From Utricularia gibba (lineage: Eukaryota > Plantae > Magnoliophyta), in the NCBI GenBank assembly GCA_002189035.1, contig NEEC01000014.1:744001-808000 (forward strand): a stretch of DNA of 64,000 nucleotides, given 5' to 3'. Positions 39,259 through 52,098 of this stretch are shown here, one piece after another. How positions within the stretch are numbered: the first letter of the stretch is position 1; every line of letters begins with the position of its first letter. The translations under genes and the position numbers were made by a program. Below the pieces are notes generated by a model. That model ran no database searches and was not told the DNA's origin. It saw only the letters and a list, made by a program, of their open reading frames with translations.

Positions 39259-40223
39259 TCTATCCAACGATTGTCTTCGTGGCTTGTAGTACCAAGAAAA
39301 GCTTCGGTTTCCACTAAACTGTCAGATCTTAAATGCCCATGAATACAGTCATCAAAATCAAACTTTGGAAGCGGATACGGTCTCGAAGCAGAGGAATCCT
39401 ACGAGGTCTCTTCACCAGCTAACTGCAAGTCTTGTCCTTCGAAATCATTCTCATGTAGTCCATTGGTATGTCCCTGAAATTCACACAAGTTCATTATGGA
39501 AGTTTGAAACCACTTCTATGATACATCAACACAGGTTCCATCTGGTTAGATAATCATAATACCGATGTGAAACCAAGCTAAGTGGTCAAATTATACAAAA
39601 ACCCTCCTCAACTAATCACATTGTTCATGACATCTCGAGTCAAAATTCCCCCATGCTGAAACGGACAACTTTGAAATTCTAGGAATACAGGAAGTGAATC
39701 AGGCGTTCTCCAACACTATCAGCTGCCATAGGTTCCAGAAACACCCCAAACACAACACCCACCACTAGAACACGAGAGAAATCATCAACTGCCTCAACCA
39801 GAAGCACCCCACAAAAAGGGTATCTCATGAACGTATCCATAGTGAAACAACAAAAAAATAAAAGAGGAAATGAAGAGTAGCAGAAGAAATGAGTGGAGAG
39901 ACGCTACCTCCATCCATCCGAAGCCGAGAAGATCACTAATGCGCTCTCAAATCAACAGCCACACAGTAGCAACACCTTCCTTCATAACCCTAGCGACTCC
40001 AATTCATGCTACACAAAACAAAAAGAAACACCTCCTTCCACCTCAATAAACCGAAATCCAAGCGCCCAAAACTCCAACCCAGAGAGCATCAACGACTGCT
40101 GCGAGAACGAGTGCGCGAGAAGCAAGCGTCAGGGAAAGAAGAAAAACCACTACACTTACCAAAATCAATGCACTTAAAAGGGCATCGGCATGTTTTGTTC
40201 GCGGGGGCAGTTCCGGCAAACAA
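39259..40223 (-). pseudogene. Partial direct duplicate of the SWO1 5' end (promoter, leader/intron, first 68 codons), disabled
   Basis: Collinear match to 61900-62948 in the same orientation. In the ~206 coding nt I count 14 substitutions and a 1-nt deletion; frameshift at codon 4 and AAG to TAG at codon 22 (39399-39401). Confidence 0.95.
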
Positions 40224-40836
40224 GGTTTATCAAAAGCGTCTAAGAAATAGAGTATATTATAAATTAATTGTATTATTTTTTGGGGGAAAATTATAATTTA
40301 TATAAAAAAATTATTCATTTATATAAGAATATTTGAATTTGATTTATTAAATAAGAACATTCGAAAACGCCCAGAGCCTGGTACTGATTCTTTGTTCACA
40401 CACTGCCTCTACACAATATATGCATGCATTGAAAGGAAGAAAATGAGCTGCATGGATTGCAAACACAGAACTGGATCTCCATTGATTTCAGAATGTTGCT
40501 GGCAACCATCCATTCACAAGGTTGAGCAAGGGATACATGCACCCAATCACATGACAATACTAGGGGAGGTTTCAGCTTCCAAAATTTGACAAAACAATCT
40601 CTCAAGCAACAACATATCTTGCATATCTATGTATGAGATTCAAATGAGTAATGACACTGTTGTGTGTAGTTCACACCAGCACCAAACTATTGGAATGGTA
40701 CTTGTCAATCCAGCTATGGGGGGCTGCTTGGCTCCCAGGTGGAAGAGCATAAGGCCACACTCAAACAGAACAACAGACGAGTACTAAAGAGATATACAGG
40801 TTGTATCTACAGATACTGAGTATTTGATCAACAGAT

Positions 40837-42076
40837 TCAGGCGACATCTTTTGCTACCTTCACGGGTTTGTCTTTCAAAAAAGCCACATCGCTGTTTGGG
40901 GTGATGAGGAGATGATGTTGGTCGAGATCCTCAACTTCACTCTCTTCAGAGCCAGATGAGGAGCCTGAGCAGCTTCCATCTTTTTTGAAGAAAGGGAATA
41001 TAAAGTTTAGGGTAAGGTATTGACCAGGATCAAAATAGGGGTTGTTCAACATCTCGAGAAAATTAAGGGGTACACACTTGTATCTATTTTCATGCTTATC
41101 AGTCGGACACATACAGCATGTTCATGTCATTTCACACCGAAGTTATAAATAATCAGAATACACGGCCCAATTTTAATCAAACAAAACCTGAGTAAATATG
41201 CAGCAGAAAAAAAAAAAGATGCTTACCTGAATACATATGATCTTCAGGAAGATGTGGCAGTCTCGTAGCCTGGAGGCTTTCAGGTAGAAGGCAGTTACAT
41301 AAAGAACCTGGATTCACAGCATATTGTAGGAATATCAGGGACATCATATATGAACGGGTTTTGGAAGGAAAACATATTATGAAGTATCGCAATGAACAGC
41401 AGAGGAACAAGACAAGGCAATGATAAACTAGGGAGCCAATTTTCCTTACCCAATCGAGCCAGGCGATTCACCCATCCAGGAATTGGTTTTCCAGTTAATC
41501 GCAGGCAAACATCTTCAGTGAAATGATTGCAATTTTTCGAAATCAGATGGTATGTATCGCCATGATATTCATTGGATAGATGTTCCATGAAGGTTCGAAC
41601 TTCAGAGTGGGACATGTCAATGCTACCCAAAAGAATAGAGCGCCTAAATTTGAAACCAGGGCAGTTTCTTGGTTCAACCTCAAACACTCCACTTGTTGGA
41701 TACTCATGAGCTCCAAAGCCATACTCCATTCCATGAACTACTCCCCAATATAATAAACCGTTTGACTAAGAGCATTTTCATAAGCAACACAAATTGTAAA
41801 CAGATTTCAGTGATACAAAAACATGGGATATTCTTTATCTGGACACCCATAATTATGATATTACTCTCGCAAATCTTGATGCATACAGAACAAAAGGACA
41901 TACTGCAGCATACCTTCAATACCAGAATGATAGATTCCAAGGCTGAACCAATAAAGGTAGTTATTCATCGGAGTAAGATCATAGACATTTAGGTAAAGCA
42001 TTCCACGAGTTTTGCCAGCAACCTCCTGATCCGCTGGAGAAGCCTCCGAGGTCGGGTGAATAGGTAACAATGGCAT
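40837..42076 (-). CDS. DeSI-like / PPPDE putative peptidase (4 exons)
   Basis: LYLNVYDLTPMNNYLYWFSLGIYHSGIE|VHGMEYGFGAHEYPTSGVFEVEPRNCPGF...YHLISKNCNHF...IPGWVNRLARLG|SLCNCLLP; catalytic His (YHSG) and Cys (NCNHF) present. Confidence 0.93.
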
Positions 42077-43298
42077 TTTTTTTCAAGCCCTTCTCCTCAC
42101 CATCAACTCAACGCTTCTGGGTGTGAAAAAAGTCTGTTTACCCACAAAGGCACAACAAAGCATCAAGTATCCTCTGTAATTCAAAAATCTAAACAAAAAA
42201 ACTGGGAAACTTCAATGCACTCAGATGAATTTCATACCACCACATGCACATTACGAATCCCAGGCGCATATGCTATACTACGTAACAGGAATCGACAGGA
42301 AGGAATTAGAAAGGAAAGAAAAGAAATCGAATGAGATAGCGATACAGCGATGAGAACGGAGAAACAAAATTCCTCTTGAAATCAATCTTTTATCTCAAAC
42401 CCAAAAGCGATGTTCACCTTGTGCTTCTCAAACCGGAATCGGCGTGGCGAAGGTTTTCCGTTCGTCGATTGCCGGCGTTTCTTCCACTTTCTCTCTCGAT
42501 TCTCCCACACTTTACCTTGATTTAGAAACATTCATTCTCATCTCTGTAAATGACAAAAAAAAAAAAAAACCATAGTCGCCATCTTACAAATCATACAATC
42601 GCTACATAAATTATATTTATACATACCGGCATACATGCATGCATGTAAAAAAAAAAAAAAAAAACACATACAGACATCACATCCATGCGTAAATTTACCA
42701 AAATACATTTATAAAATATTTTATAAATTCTATAAAATATCTGCATTTATTATTTTAAAATAATACTTTTGAAATAATTTTTTAAAAAAAAATAATAAAT
42801 TAATTGAGTTTCCATATATGTAATTCACATGTGTCCATTCCATCTCTAAAAACCCTAAAATTGTGGTAATAAACACAATTTATCTAATATTCTTTTTTAT
42901 TAATTACATAATAAACATTTATCTAATACAAATAATTTAAATATATACATACATATTTCTCTTGTAACATTCGAATATTTAAAATACAACACATTGTATC
43001 ATTTTTAGTCGCAATGCCACATGTAATTTTTAGACAAATATATTATCAAAATTACTATATAATTATACTATGATCATCTTCCTTTTATTTCTCATACACT
43101 AAGATAAAAAAATTAACATTAAATGTGACCATTTTTTCATACATATATTACATGATTGCCAAATTTCTAAATCGCCCCACCACATCCCTCTTGCAGCATT
43201 GAAAAGAAAGGAAACCATCTTCCAATTACAACAATTTTGCAGAGCTTCTACCCATCTCATGAAATGTATAAAATCCACATGAACCCAGAAGACCATTT

Positions 43299-46200
43299 TC
43301 AGTAAAATATGGAGTTACCGATTTGGTTGTTCATAGCAGCTGCGTAATGGTCATTGTAGTCCAGGAGATCCCACAGCCGAGACAGACCCAAGTCACTGCT
43401 CTTGAGTGACTTGAGATGAATTGACTGCAACTCCTCCAAATTTCTGATGAATGTTGCTTTGATTGAGTGCATCTGGAGGATGTCAGCTTGACAAATTCTG
43501 TCCACTTTCTCATCAAATGTGGCCTTGAGGATCCTGCCTGTCAGACATGAGTGATAGTCCACTGAGCACTGCAGGATGTTTTGGATAACCGCAGCAATAG
43601 TTCTTGTGTCATTGGACAAGAAGCATATTTGCAGTGATTCGATCAAGTAGTCCATGAGCCTTGACTCCAGATCGAACATATCTTCGACTTTGAACTGCAT
43701 AGACTGGAGAAATCTGTGCCAGGAAACCTGGGATAACTGCACTTGCACATACTGCAGCAATGTGGAAATAAAATGGTAAATCATGTGCCTGATTCCAGCG
43801 ATTAAGGATATTTGGCCTATGTCTCCTTCATGCTGCCTTGAACTAATACACTTGAATGAGGTCCATGCATCACTAAGCAAGAATATGGCTAGCTTCACTT
43901 GAATCAAGAAATTAAATATATCTGAGTATATGGCCAGAGCCGCAGGGGTTAGGATCATGGTGATTGGCCACTCTATTTGGTAGCCCAAGCCCAAGAACTT
44001 GAAGGTGTTGATTCCCATGGCACAAGCAGCGAAATCCTTGATGCTATTTTCTTTTAGAGACACATAGAGACGATCCTTGTTTGGATTTCCCTCACAAGAA
44101 GACCTTTGGATTGCTAATTCAAGGGCTCTTTGGACTTCGGGAATCCTTTTGTGGACATCATTGTCATGCCATTTATGGTGCTGGAGAGACATGATGAAGA
44201 GATCAGCCCAGTCTGCGTGTTCCATGAAATGAAAACTGCGGAGAGCTTGCAAATGCTCTTGCAGCTTGAACCCCTCAGTTAGCAACTTGATCATAAGCTT
44301 GCTTATATATTGATACTGAAGGGATATCTCATCCACCAATGAATTTTTTATCGCAAAATCTAGTGGCAAATCAACTACAGCAACCAACTTACGCTGGCAG
44401 CGGGGCACATTGTTTTTGACATTATGAGTGGATCTACCAAGCAAGCTTTCCCAAGAAGAGCCACCAGAAACTTTTTCCAGTGATGCATATTCTCCCTGAT
44501 TTTCATTCTCAGCCACAGAAGTTTTTACGGAGCATAACTTAGCATCATGGTCCTTGGTGAATTCACCATTGTCTTTTACAGTAGGGCAGCGCAATGTGTC
44601 ATCTGCAGAAGCTGGAAGTTCATTCATAGCTGAAGTGGGATCAGCATCTTTAGTTACAGCATTATCAGCTACTTTAAGCACAAAGGCCTTTACTGGATCA
44701 TTTACATTGCCGAAATCCGCAGACAGACCCACTGAACCTGTGTAGCAATTTACTGCTGGCAGCATCACCGAGGGGTTGAAAAAGTCGCTATACTTCAGTA
44801 TTCGGTTGGAACTGAAAACATCAGAATCATATCTCTGCTTCCAATTATTCAAACCAATTGCCTCCATGTTAGAGCATGGTAAATATTTATCATGATTTGC
44901 AGAGCTATTAAACTCGGTGTTCATCAAGCCAAAACTTCCTAAGGCTAACTCATATCCATTATCAGTCAGCCCCAAACACCTCTCATGCTTACTGCTTGTA
45001 AACCTGTTTCCAGTAGCTGGTGAGAACTCTTGGTCCATATCCACAACGTATGCTTCATCTAGAATTGGACCCATGCTGAACTCTGATTCAAATTTGATAT
45101 TTGACTTAAAAACTTCCAAAATCCTTGAATCATCACCTTGACGCTGAGTTTTTACTGAATTGTTAGACAAAATCAACGGAGAAAGCAGGTCTGATAAATA
45201 ACTTCCCTCAGCACCATGACTAACAAAATCCACGTTTGTGTTCACATTTGGGGCGTCAGTGCTCTCAGATGATGAGCCATCAGAGGATAAGTTCTCTTCA
45301 GCGAAAGAGTATTCATCAATAACGCTTGATGCCTCAGAATCAACAATACAGTTATGCCTGAATTAATTGAAAAAGAGATCGAGATCATTTAAAATAAATA
45401 CTGCTAAAGTAAAAATTTCAGCTATTTTTGGGATATCAAGCAACTACAAAAGAAATATATGGACAATGGTCTGCGGGATATAGGGTAAGAAAAACATATA
45501 ACTTACACCGACAGAATATTTCCTTCACATTGAGAAGTTGAGCTTCCACCAACTGCAGACAATGGCCCCTGATGAAGGTCCCGTTCATGATTGTTCAAAA
45601 TTCCTAGAGCAGCACTTCGCTGGCCCGCCTAAAAAACACATTTACATAGAAACATATTATGATATGCAAAAGTAAACCATAATGCTCCCAAGAGACCGAT
45701 AGCTTTCCAATTTAAGACAGTTTTTAGGGGAAAATTCTCAAGAGAGGAAAACAGTGAAACACAACGTACAAGTACTTTGAAGCTTCTATTATAGCATCAG
45801 TACATATACAAAAAAAAAAAAAAAAACACTGATCTGTATATTACCTGCTGATTTCTGAGTTCAAATTTATTTGTTACTTGTTCGATTTTTTCAAACATTT
45901 GTTCATAGTATCTGGTTCTCATATGCACCAATCTTTCAATGCATTCCTTGTCAAAAGTGAATGGGACTCTAAACCACGGATGTTTTGTGGTTAAGTCAAT
46001 TAAAGAGGGAGGATCTCTTCCTGGGCATCATATGAATCAACAATGTGAAACATTTCAAACAATTTCATTATCACTTGATGCTGCTGGCCGGTTCTAAGTA
46101 GCGGAAGTAGGCACTCTTCCAGAAAACAGGGAACGTCAACCTCATTCCGCACCTAGGACAAATTAAACAGAATTCATTGATCCCAAAGTGAAACAATGTA

Positions 46201-47288
46201 CGAAGAGAGTCTCATGCTGGCTGACACAATTACCATAGAACTGGGCAGTGATGAGCTGGAAATATTTCTGGTATCTACTGGTGCATACATAGACTTGTTG
46301 TCTTTGGAATCTACAACAAACTCATTGAAAGGGTCGCTAGTTGTGCCTTCATAAATCCATGACCTTATAAAATCATTATATGGTTCATATGACTGAAGGA
46401 AAAGGAACTTGAGGAGCGCACAATTTTCAGGATCAGCAACCTAAGACATCAGGGAAATTTCTGTAAGACCAAGGAAGAATTCATGCACAGAATCTTTATA
46501 AACTCATTGAAACAGACCTTTAGCTGGGCATACAGGAAGGAGAGTAAAGCACCACTTCTTGGGAAAGAAGTGTATTCTACGTCTGCTTTCATTCTAAGTT
46601 CTTCCAAAGATGATGTAGGAAAGCCACTGCTTAGGTGATTAACATTGCACAAATTACCAAGCGCTTCCACCTGAGTTCTCAAGCCGTTCGTGTGAAGACA
46701 AACCTCTAAGAGAGTTATTTCAGGGTGCCCAATACCAGTAAGACAACCTTCAACACTTACTTTTGACGAGCGCCTCAGAGCAATAGATGCAGATAATGTA
46801 TTAACAGCTGAGATATAACCTCCGATGAACTTCCCACCGCGATAGCGAATGACTGATTGATAAGACCGAACTTACGCAATGACCGATTTTCCGGATGTTT
46901 CTCACTCTCTATCGCCTCGTAGGTTTCCGGCTTTGTGAAGTAATCGACAAATCTACGAAGGAGAAAGATGATGCAGCCAAACTGGCCAATGGAAGTAAGT
47001 AAATTCCCCAGTGCAACAGTGCTAGAACATCTGGTCCACAGATCGGGAATTCGGTGCGATGTTGCATCCGCAGAAGTAAGAAGAAGTAAAGGCGAAAGCT
47101 TTTCAATGGTTATCAACGCAGATTCAGCCCCGTGAAGGGCGTTCACAGCCAATCTCACCAAGCTCAGCTCCTGAATGCATAAAGTTCAAAGAGAAACCAG
47201 TGAAACAGAAATAAAGAATAACCAGCCTCATGGCTTCAACGAAGACAAACGCAAAAAGTGACATTACAGAGAGATGAAGAGCTCCCAT
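43299..47288 (-). CDS. GCP6: Gamma-tubulin complex component 6, with a -1 frameshift at 46833-46835; 5' end uncertain
   Basis: ELSLVRLAVNALHG, ITLLEVCLHT, FPRSGALLSFLYAQLK, long low-complexity insert, then LPLDFAIKNSLVDEISLQYQYISKL, HLQALRSFHFMEHADWADLF, LGYQIEWPITMIL, YSDIFNFLIQVKLA. Start placed at the ATG after an acceptor at 47289. Confidence 0.88.
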
Positions 47289-47599
47289 CTGCAAAGGTAG
47301 TGATCAGCCAAGCGCATCACAAGACCCAAGCTCCTCCCCCCACGAGCTGCTTTGGGGTCTGCTAGCTCGTCAAATCACCCGCGCGAAGTACCAGAACTTA
47401 TACTTGGACCGTTCAATGCGCCAAAGAGGAAAAATATATACATTGTGAGCTTTTTCTGCTGTGGTTTGCTGCTGGGTAGCCCAGAGGATTTAGACTTACC
47501 GGCCCACTGACGGCCTTGTGAGATTTGTGAACGGGGAAGGAAGAGATTAGGGTTCAGGTCTCGTGGCGATCATCTCCGTCTCCGACTGCAACTCCGAGC

Positions 47600-48322
47600 A
47601 TGAGTAAACCACCGGCTAACGGAGCAGGGCTTCCCCGGAAGCGCTTCTATCGCGCGCGGGCTCACAGCAATCCCTTGAGCGATTCCCATTTCCCAGTTCC
47701 CATTTCTCCCGCCGATTTCGACCACGCCCTACACTACCCCAATTTCCCCAACTCCAAGAAGATCGAATTCGCCGACGTCGGCTGCGGATTCGGCGGCCTC
47801 CTCATCTCCCTATCTCCCCTGTTCCCGGAAACTCTCATGGTCGGAATGGAGCTCCGCGACAAGGTTTCCGAATACGTCAAGGAACGAATCCTAGCGCTGA
47901 GGGCTTCCAATCCCCATCCCCATTACCAGAACATATCCGTGGTGCGCACCAATTCGATGAAGTACATCCCGAACTACTTCCAGAAGGGGCAGCTGAAGAA
48001 GATGTTCTTCCTCTTCCCGGACCCGCATTTCAAGGAGAAGAATCACCGGCGGAGGGTGATCAGCCCGTTCCTGTTGGACGAGTACGCATACGTTCTGGGG
48101 ATCGGCGGGGTGATCTACACCATCACGGACGTGGAGGAGCTCGGGGAGTGGATGAAGTCGTGCTTGGAAGAGCACCCACTGTTCCAAGCCGTCGATGAAG
48201 GAGAGCTCCGGGAAGACCCAGTCGTGGAGCTCTTGGCAACGGCGACGGAGGAAGGGCAGAAAGTTGCTAGAAACCAGGGTGAGACATTCAGAGCTGTTTA
48301 TAGAAGAATTTCTCTTCCTTGA
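47600..48322 (+). CDS. TRM8: tRNA (guanine-N7)-methyltransferase catalytic subunit, intronless
   Basis: LPRKRFYRARAHSNP, FADVGCGFGGLL, GMELR, RTNSMKYIPNYF, MFFLFPDPHFK, TEEGQKVARN. Intact 240-aa ORF. Confidence 0.97.
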   Translation: MSKPPANGAGLPRKRFYRARAHSNPLSDSHFPVPISPADFDHALHYPNFPNSKKIEFADVGCGFGGLLISLSPLFPETLMVGMELRDKVSEYVKERILALRASNPHPHYQNISVVRTNSMKYIPNYFQKGQLKKMFFLFPDPHFKEKNHRRRVISPFLLDEYAYVLGIGGVIYTITDVEELGEWMKSCLEEHPLFQAVDEGELREDPVVELLATATEEGQKVARNQGETFRAVYRRISLP

Positions 48323-48523
48323 TTCAGTTTCCATGGCATCATGCATTTCATTTCCTTTGAGAAGGTGAAACTCGAAGAACCATCACCTTCAAACAAACCA
48401 AACAAAAATCCGGCAGAAAAATTTTACCGGGCTGTGATTTCCGAAGGAGTTAACTTTGGGTTAGTATGATTGCCTGTTCACAGTTTCTATGTTCCAGCTC
48501 CAGCTCAGGAAAGCTTCTTTCTT

Positions 48524-51500
48524 CTACTTCCGGAGAGCTTTCCTCAGAAGGCTGCAACCTGCGACTACCAGTAGCATCACAGCTATTCTCTTCGAGGCCA
48601 GAACCCTGAGATTCACTCTTATACCATGTGTTCTCATAATCCCAACTCCTGCATCAACTAAGCAAGCAATCCAGTAAACCATAAAGTCCCATACCACCTT
48701 CAAGGCATCCGTTGCACCACGAACGGCTCTCTCGTCACTGTGGAGTTGCACATAGGACCAATTTTTATGGCGTTGGCTTGGGACCGTCTGGTTTAGTCCG
48801 AGCCTTTCGTTCAGCCAGAATGATATGCTGATGAGCAGCGACGCTAGCCATGCGATTTCGTCGTTGGAGATGGGCCGCTTCATCCAATCACCCTTGTATT
48901 TGATTTCAGCACCTGCCGGGTTGCCGGAGCTCTTGGGTGTAAAGGCTTCGCTGCTCAACTGTTGTTGATGATGCCTTGGTGTCTCAGAGGATGCGGATTC
49001 AGGAGAGGAACCGAAGAGAGATCGCAATTGGGATTTCAACATATCGATATCCTGGGCGCGGGAGCTTCCACAGGCTGCATGTACTTCACTCTCCGCGCGC
49101 ACCAAGAGGAGCTGAAACCAATAGTCATCCAGCATGTTATGCAAGGCTTGAAAGCTAAGGCCAAGTAAACAATTCATTGTTATGAATTATGAAATGTTTA
49201 TAATCAAGACTCGTACTATAAGCATGAGATGAAACTCAAAAAAATACGATGCTGAAGATCAAACCTGAAGCAAATGCTGACCACTATCTTCTCCACTGGA
49301 AAAAAGTAGTAGATCTCTTCTCCAATTCTCATGGAGAAAGGGCCGATCTACATCATTCTCAAAAATGCCATCTTCCCAATCCTAAAAATTATCAGCAACA
49401 ACCATCAGCTCACCAGATACCATCAGGGTTATAGAAGGGTGTACAAAGCATCGAATGTGAATAGCAAGATTCACATAATTACCTCCAATTGCTCCCGGAT
49501 GGTGGGAATGTGCTTGCCCACACAACTGGCAGACGATGCAGGGGATTCTTTGACTTTTGAGTGGTATAAAGCTTCAGTCTTCTTAATGAGATCCCTAAGC
49601 TCTATTGAAGACGTCAATATACTCAGTACCTGCATTAGTTTAATATGATAAAATATAAAAGCTTAAAAATTGGCGCTTGAAGGCACAGGTGTAAGCCTAT
49701 TTGATACCAAAATACAATGAGAGAAATACAACTCACAGTACCACAGCCTACAGAAAGATAAACTGTAACACAAGTTATACACAAAACAAATCAACCAAAA
49801 GGTCTCCAGTTTTCTTAAATGTCATGACTAGTCTCGCTAGTAGTAGTTCCAGTTCAAAAAACACCAGAAGTGAGAAGAATTTCTAAAGTTACTAGTACAC
49901 TCCATTTACAAAAAGAATGTTCAGTCCCATAACACAAACACCACAGAAGCAAATCTAAATCGAATTTCATGAAAAAAAAGCCCATACTTCTAATCGGAAG
50001 TCCACGTCCCTTCATCATATTAGAAACAATTTTGGAGTACAAACATGACAGATAGAAATGAAGCAGAAGAAAAGATTCTGCAATGCTAGATCAAGGCAAA
50101 ACATACCTTGGTGACCATCTTCAGTATTAAATCCATGTCGGAATGAAGGACTCTGTGGGCAAAACCAATAAAACCCATGACCAATGAGCTATAGAACAGG
50201 AAGTTGTTCATAATATACAGCTGCCAACAGGATGAATATCCAGGAGTTGACGATATGCCTGAAGAACCTTTTTTCCACAGGCCAAAGTTTTCATTAAGAT
50301 CAGTGAACTCGTCAAAACTAATTGACCAGGGTTCCATGTAATTAACCCAGACTGAAAATACTTGAAATGCATTTTTGGTTGAACCTTCGACAGGACAAAA
50401 CAGAAAAGTTCTCAAGATGTATCTGTACAACGGCCTCCGAACATTCAAGTTCCAAGACCCAGTAGCAAATCCAAGAGAACCTCTGCTGATTATTGTTGAA
50501 CCTGGATATACACTCTGCATATTCCGAGAAACTTCAGTTTGATTGGACATCTCATTAGCTTCCATGTGAGACCAATTCAGATACTTGATGAAAATATTGA
50601 TCACATCACCCATCCCTGGCGAAGGAGGGATGTCTCTCTGCATGGGCTTATCAGGGAAGATCACACCAAGAGATTTGCATAAGCCCATGGAGAAGGGCAA
50701 TCCATCATTCCCGACCAGCCAAAAATAAACCATCACGTCAACAACAAACGCTGCTCGCTCCATGACAGAACTATCACCAGAAGGAGAGCACTGAAGTAGA
50801 GAACCACCGTATGGTTCATGCACATTTGACAATTGGAGAGGTGCAAAAGTGTGAAGATACACATAAACTAGGCGCATGTACAGATTATCCTCCCTCTTCT
50901 TGTCTGCATCACGTTTCGTACTTGAAAGAACGTGGATTGAATGTGACCAGTTCTCTAAACTAAACTTTCTAACTTTATTAACCCTTGATCCCTCTGATCT
51001 CTCTCTACCACCTCGATAGACAGGGTAATAAACAAACCAGAAGAAGTAGTAGTCGAAAACGTTAAGCTGAACCTGGTACGAAGAGCCTTCATTTGATTCC
51101 TCCTTAATCCTGCCTTTAAATAAAGGGCACATTTCCCTCAAAGCCCTACAACAGTTCGCATGTTGAAGCATATAACTGCACCACTCCGGTAACCTTTCAG
51201 AAGGGAAAACAAATTTAACTAGTGATAGCCTATCAATTTCCACCACTGAAGACAACAGCAGCCCATTCGGAGACAGCAGGCTGAAAATTTTACCTGTAAT
51301 AGGGCCACAAATTCAGCGAATTCGATGAATAGCCGAAACTGTAAGGAATACCAAAAAGCGCCACACAACTTAAAACTCTAACGAACCGGAAAACAAAGCA
51401 GGCGGAAAAATATGCTTCAACGCACGTCAAAAAACGTCTAGCGAGAAGAGAGATTTCGAGAAATCAAGTTTAGGACATAAACAAACAGATTTGCTGCAAA

Positions 51501-51803
51501 AGCCCTACCCGCAAGGTCCGGATCACTTCCCGAAGAAGCAACATCAATCCATCCATTATTCAACTGAAGCTTCGCGGTTTCCGAGGAAGGCGAAGACTCA
51601 TTGAAGCCAAAAATCCTGCAGAGGAGCGTAGGGAAGGTGATGGAGAAGAACCATCGCTGGTTGTCGGCGGCGTGGTTGCGGAGAAAGGACTCTACTGCGG
51701 CGCAGGCGGAAGCAATCTGAAGCGGCGAGACGGCGGCGGAAACGGTTGCGGCAAGTTCGACGGCCTTTGTTTGCGCGTTCCCAGTGTAGGATTGCAGAAA
51801 CAT
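48524..51803 (-). CDS. Conserved plant membrane protein, probably SMPD4 (sphingomyelin phosphodiesterase 4)-like, 5 exons
   Basis: Exons join in frame: MFLQSYTGNAQ...FFSITFPTLLCRIFGF; LNVFDYYFFWFVYYP, LRTFLFCP, WVNYMEPW, YIMNNFLFYSSL; DWEDG...LHENW; WMKRPISNDEIAWLA, VNLRVLASK plus C-terminal TM. Family label is from recollection of these motifs. Confidence 0.65.
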
Positions 51804-52098
51804 GATCGAATTTTTTTTTGAAACAATGAAGTTGCAAATGGCGCTTTGAAGCGGCGGTGGAACTCAACGCGTGGCAGTGCCTTCCAACAAATTAATAAAA
51901 AAATATTTTTATTTTATTATATCAATTTTCAAATTTTTACATTATTTTTTAGGATTATAAAAATTAATTAGATAAAAATAACTATAAATACATCTTTGCA
52001 AAACCATCCCGTCCAGAGCGAGCACATGCACGACGTCGGTTTTTCTGAGCTCGCTTGCCTGCCTCTCTGCTCTTCTTCATCACGTTTTCGGTTCTACG

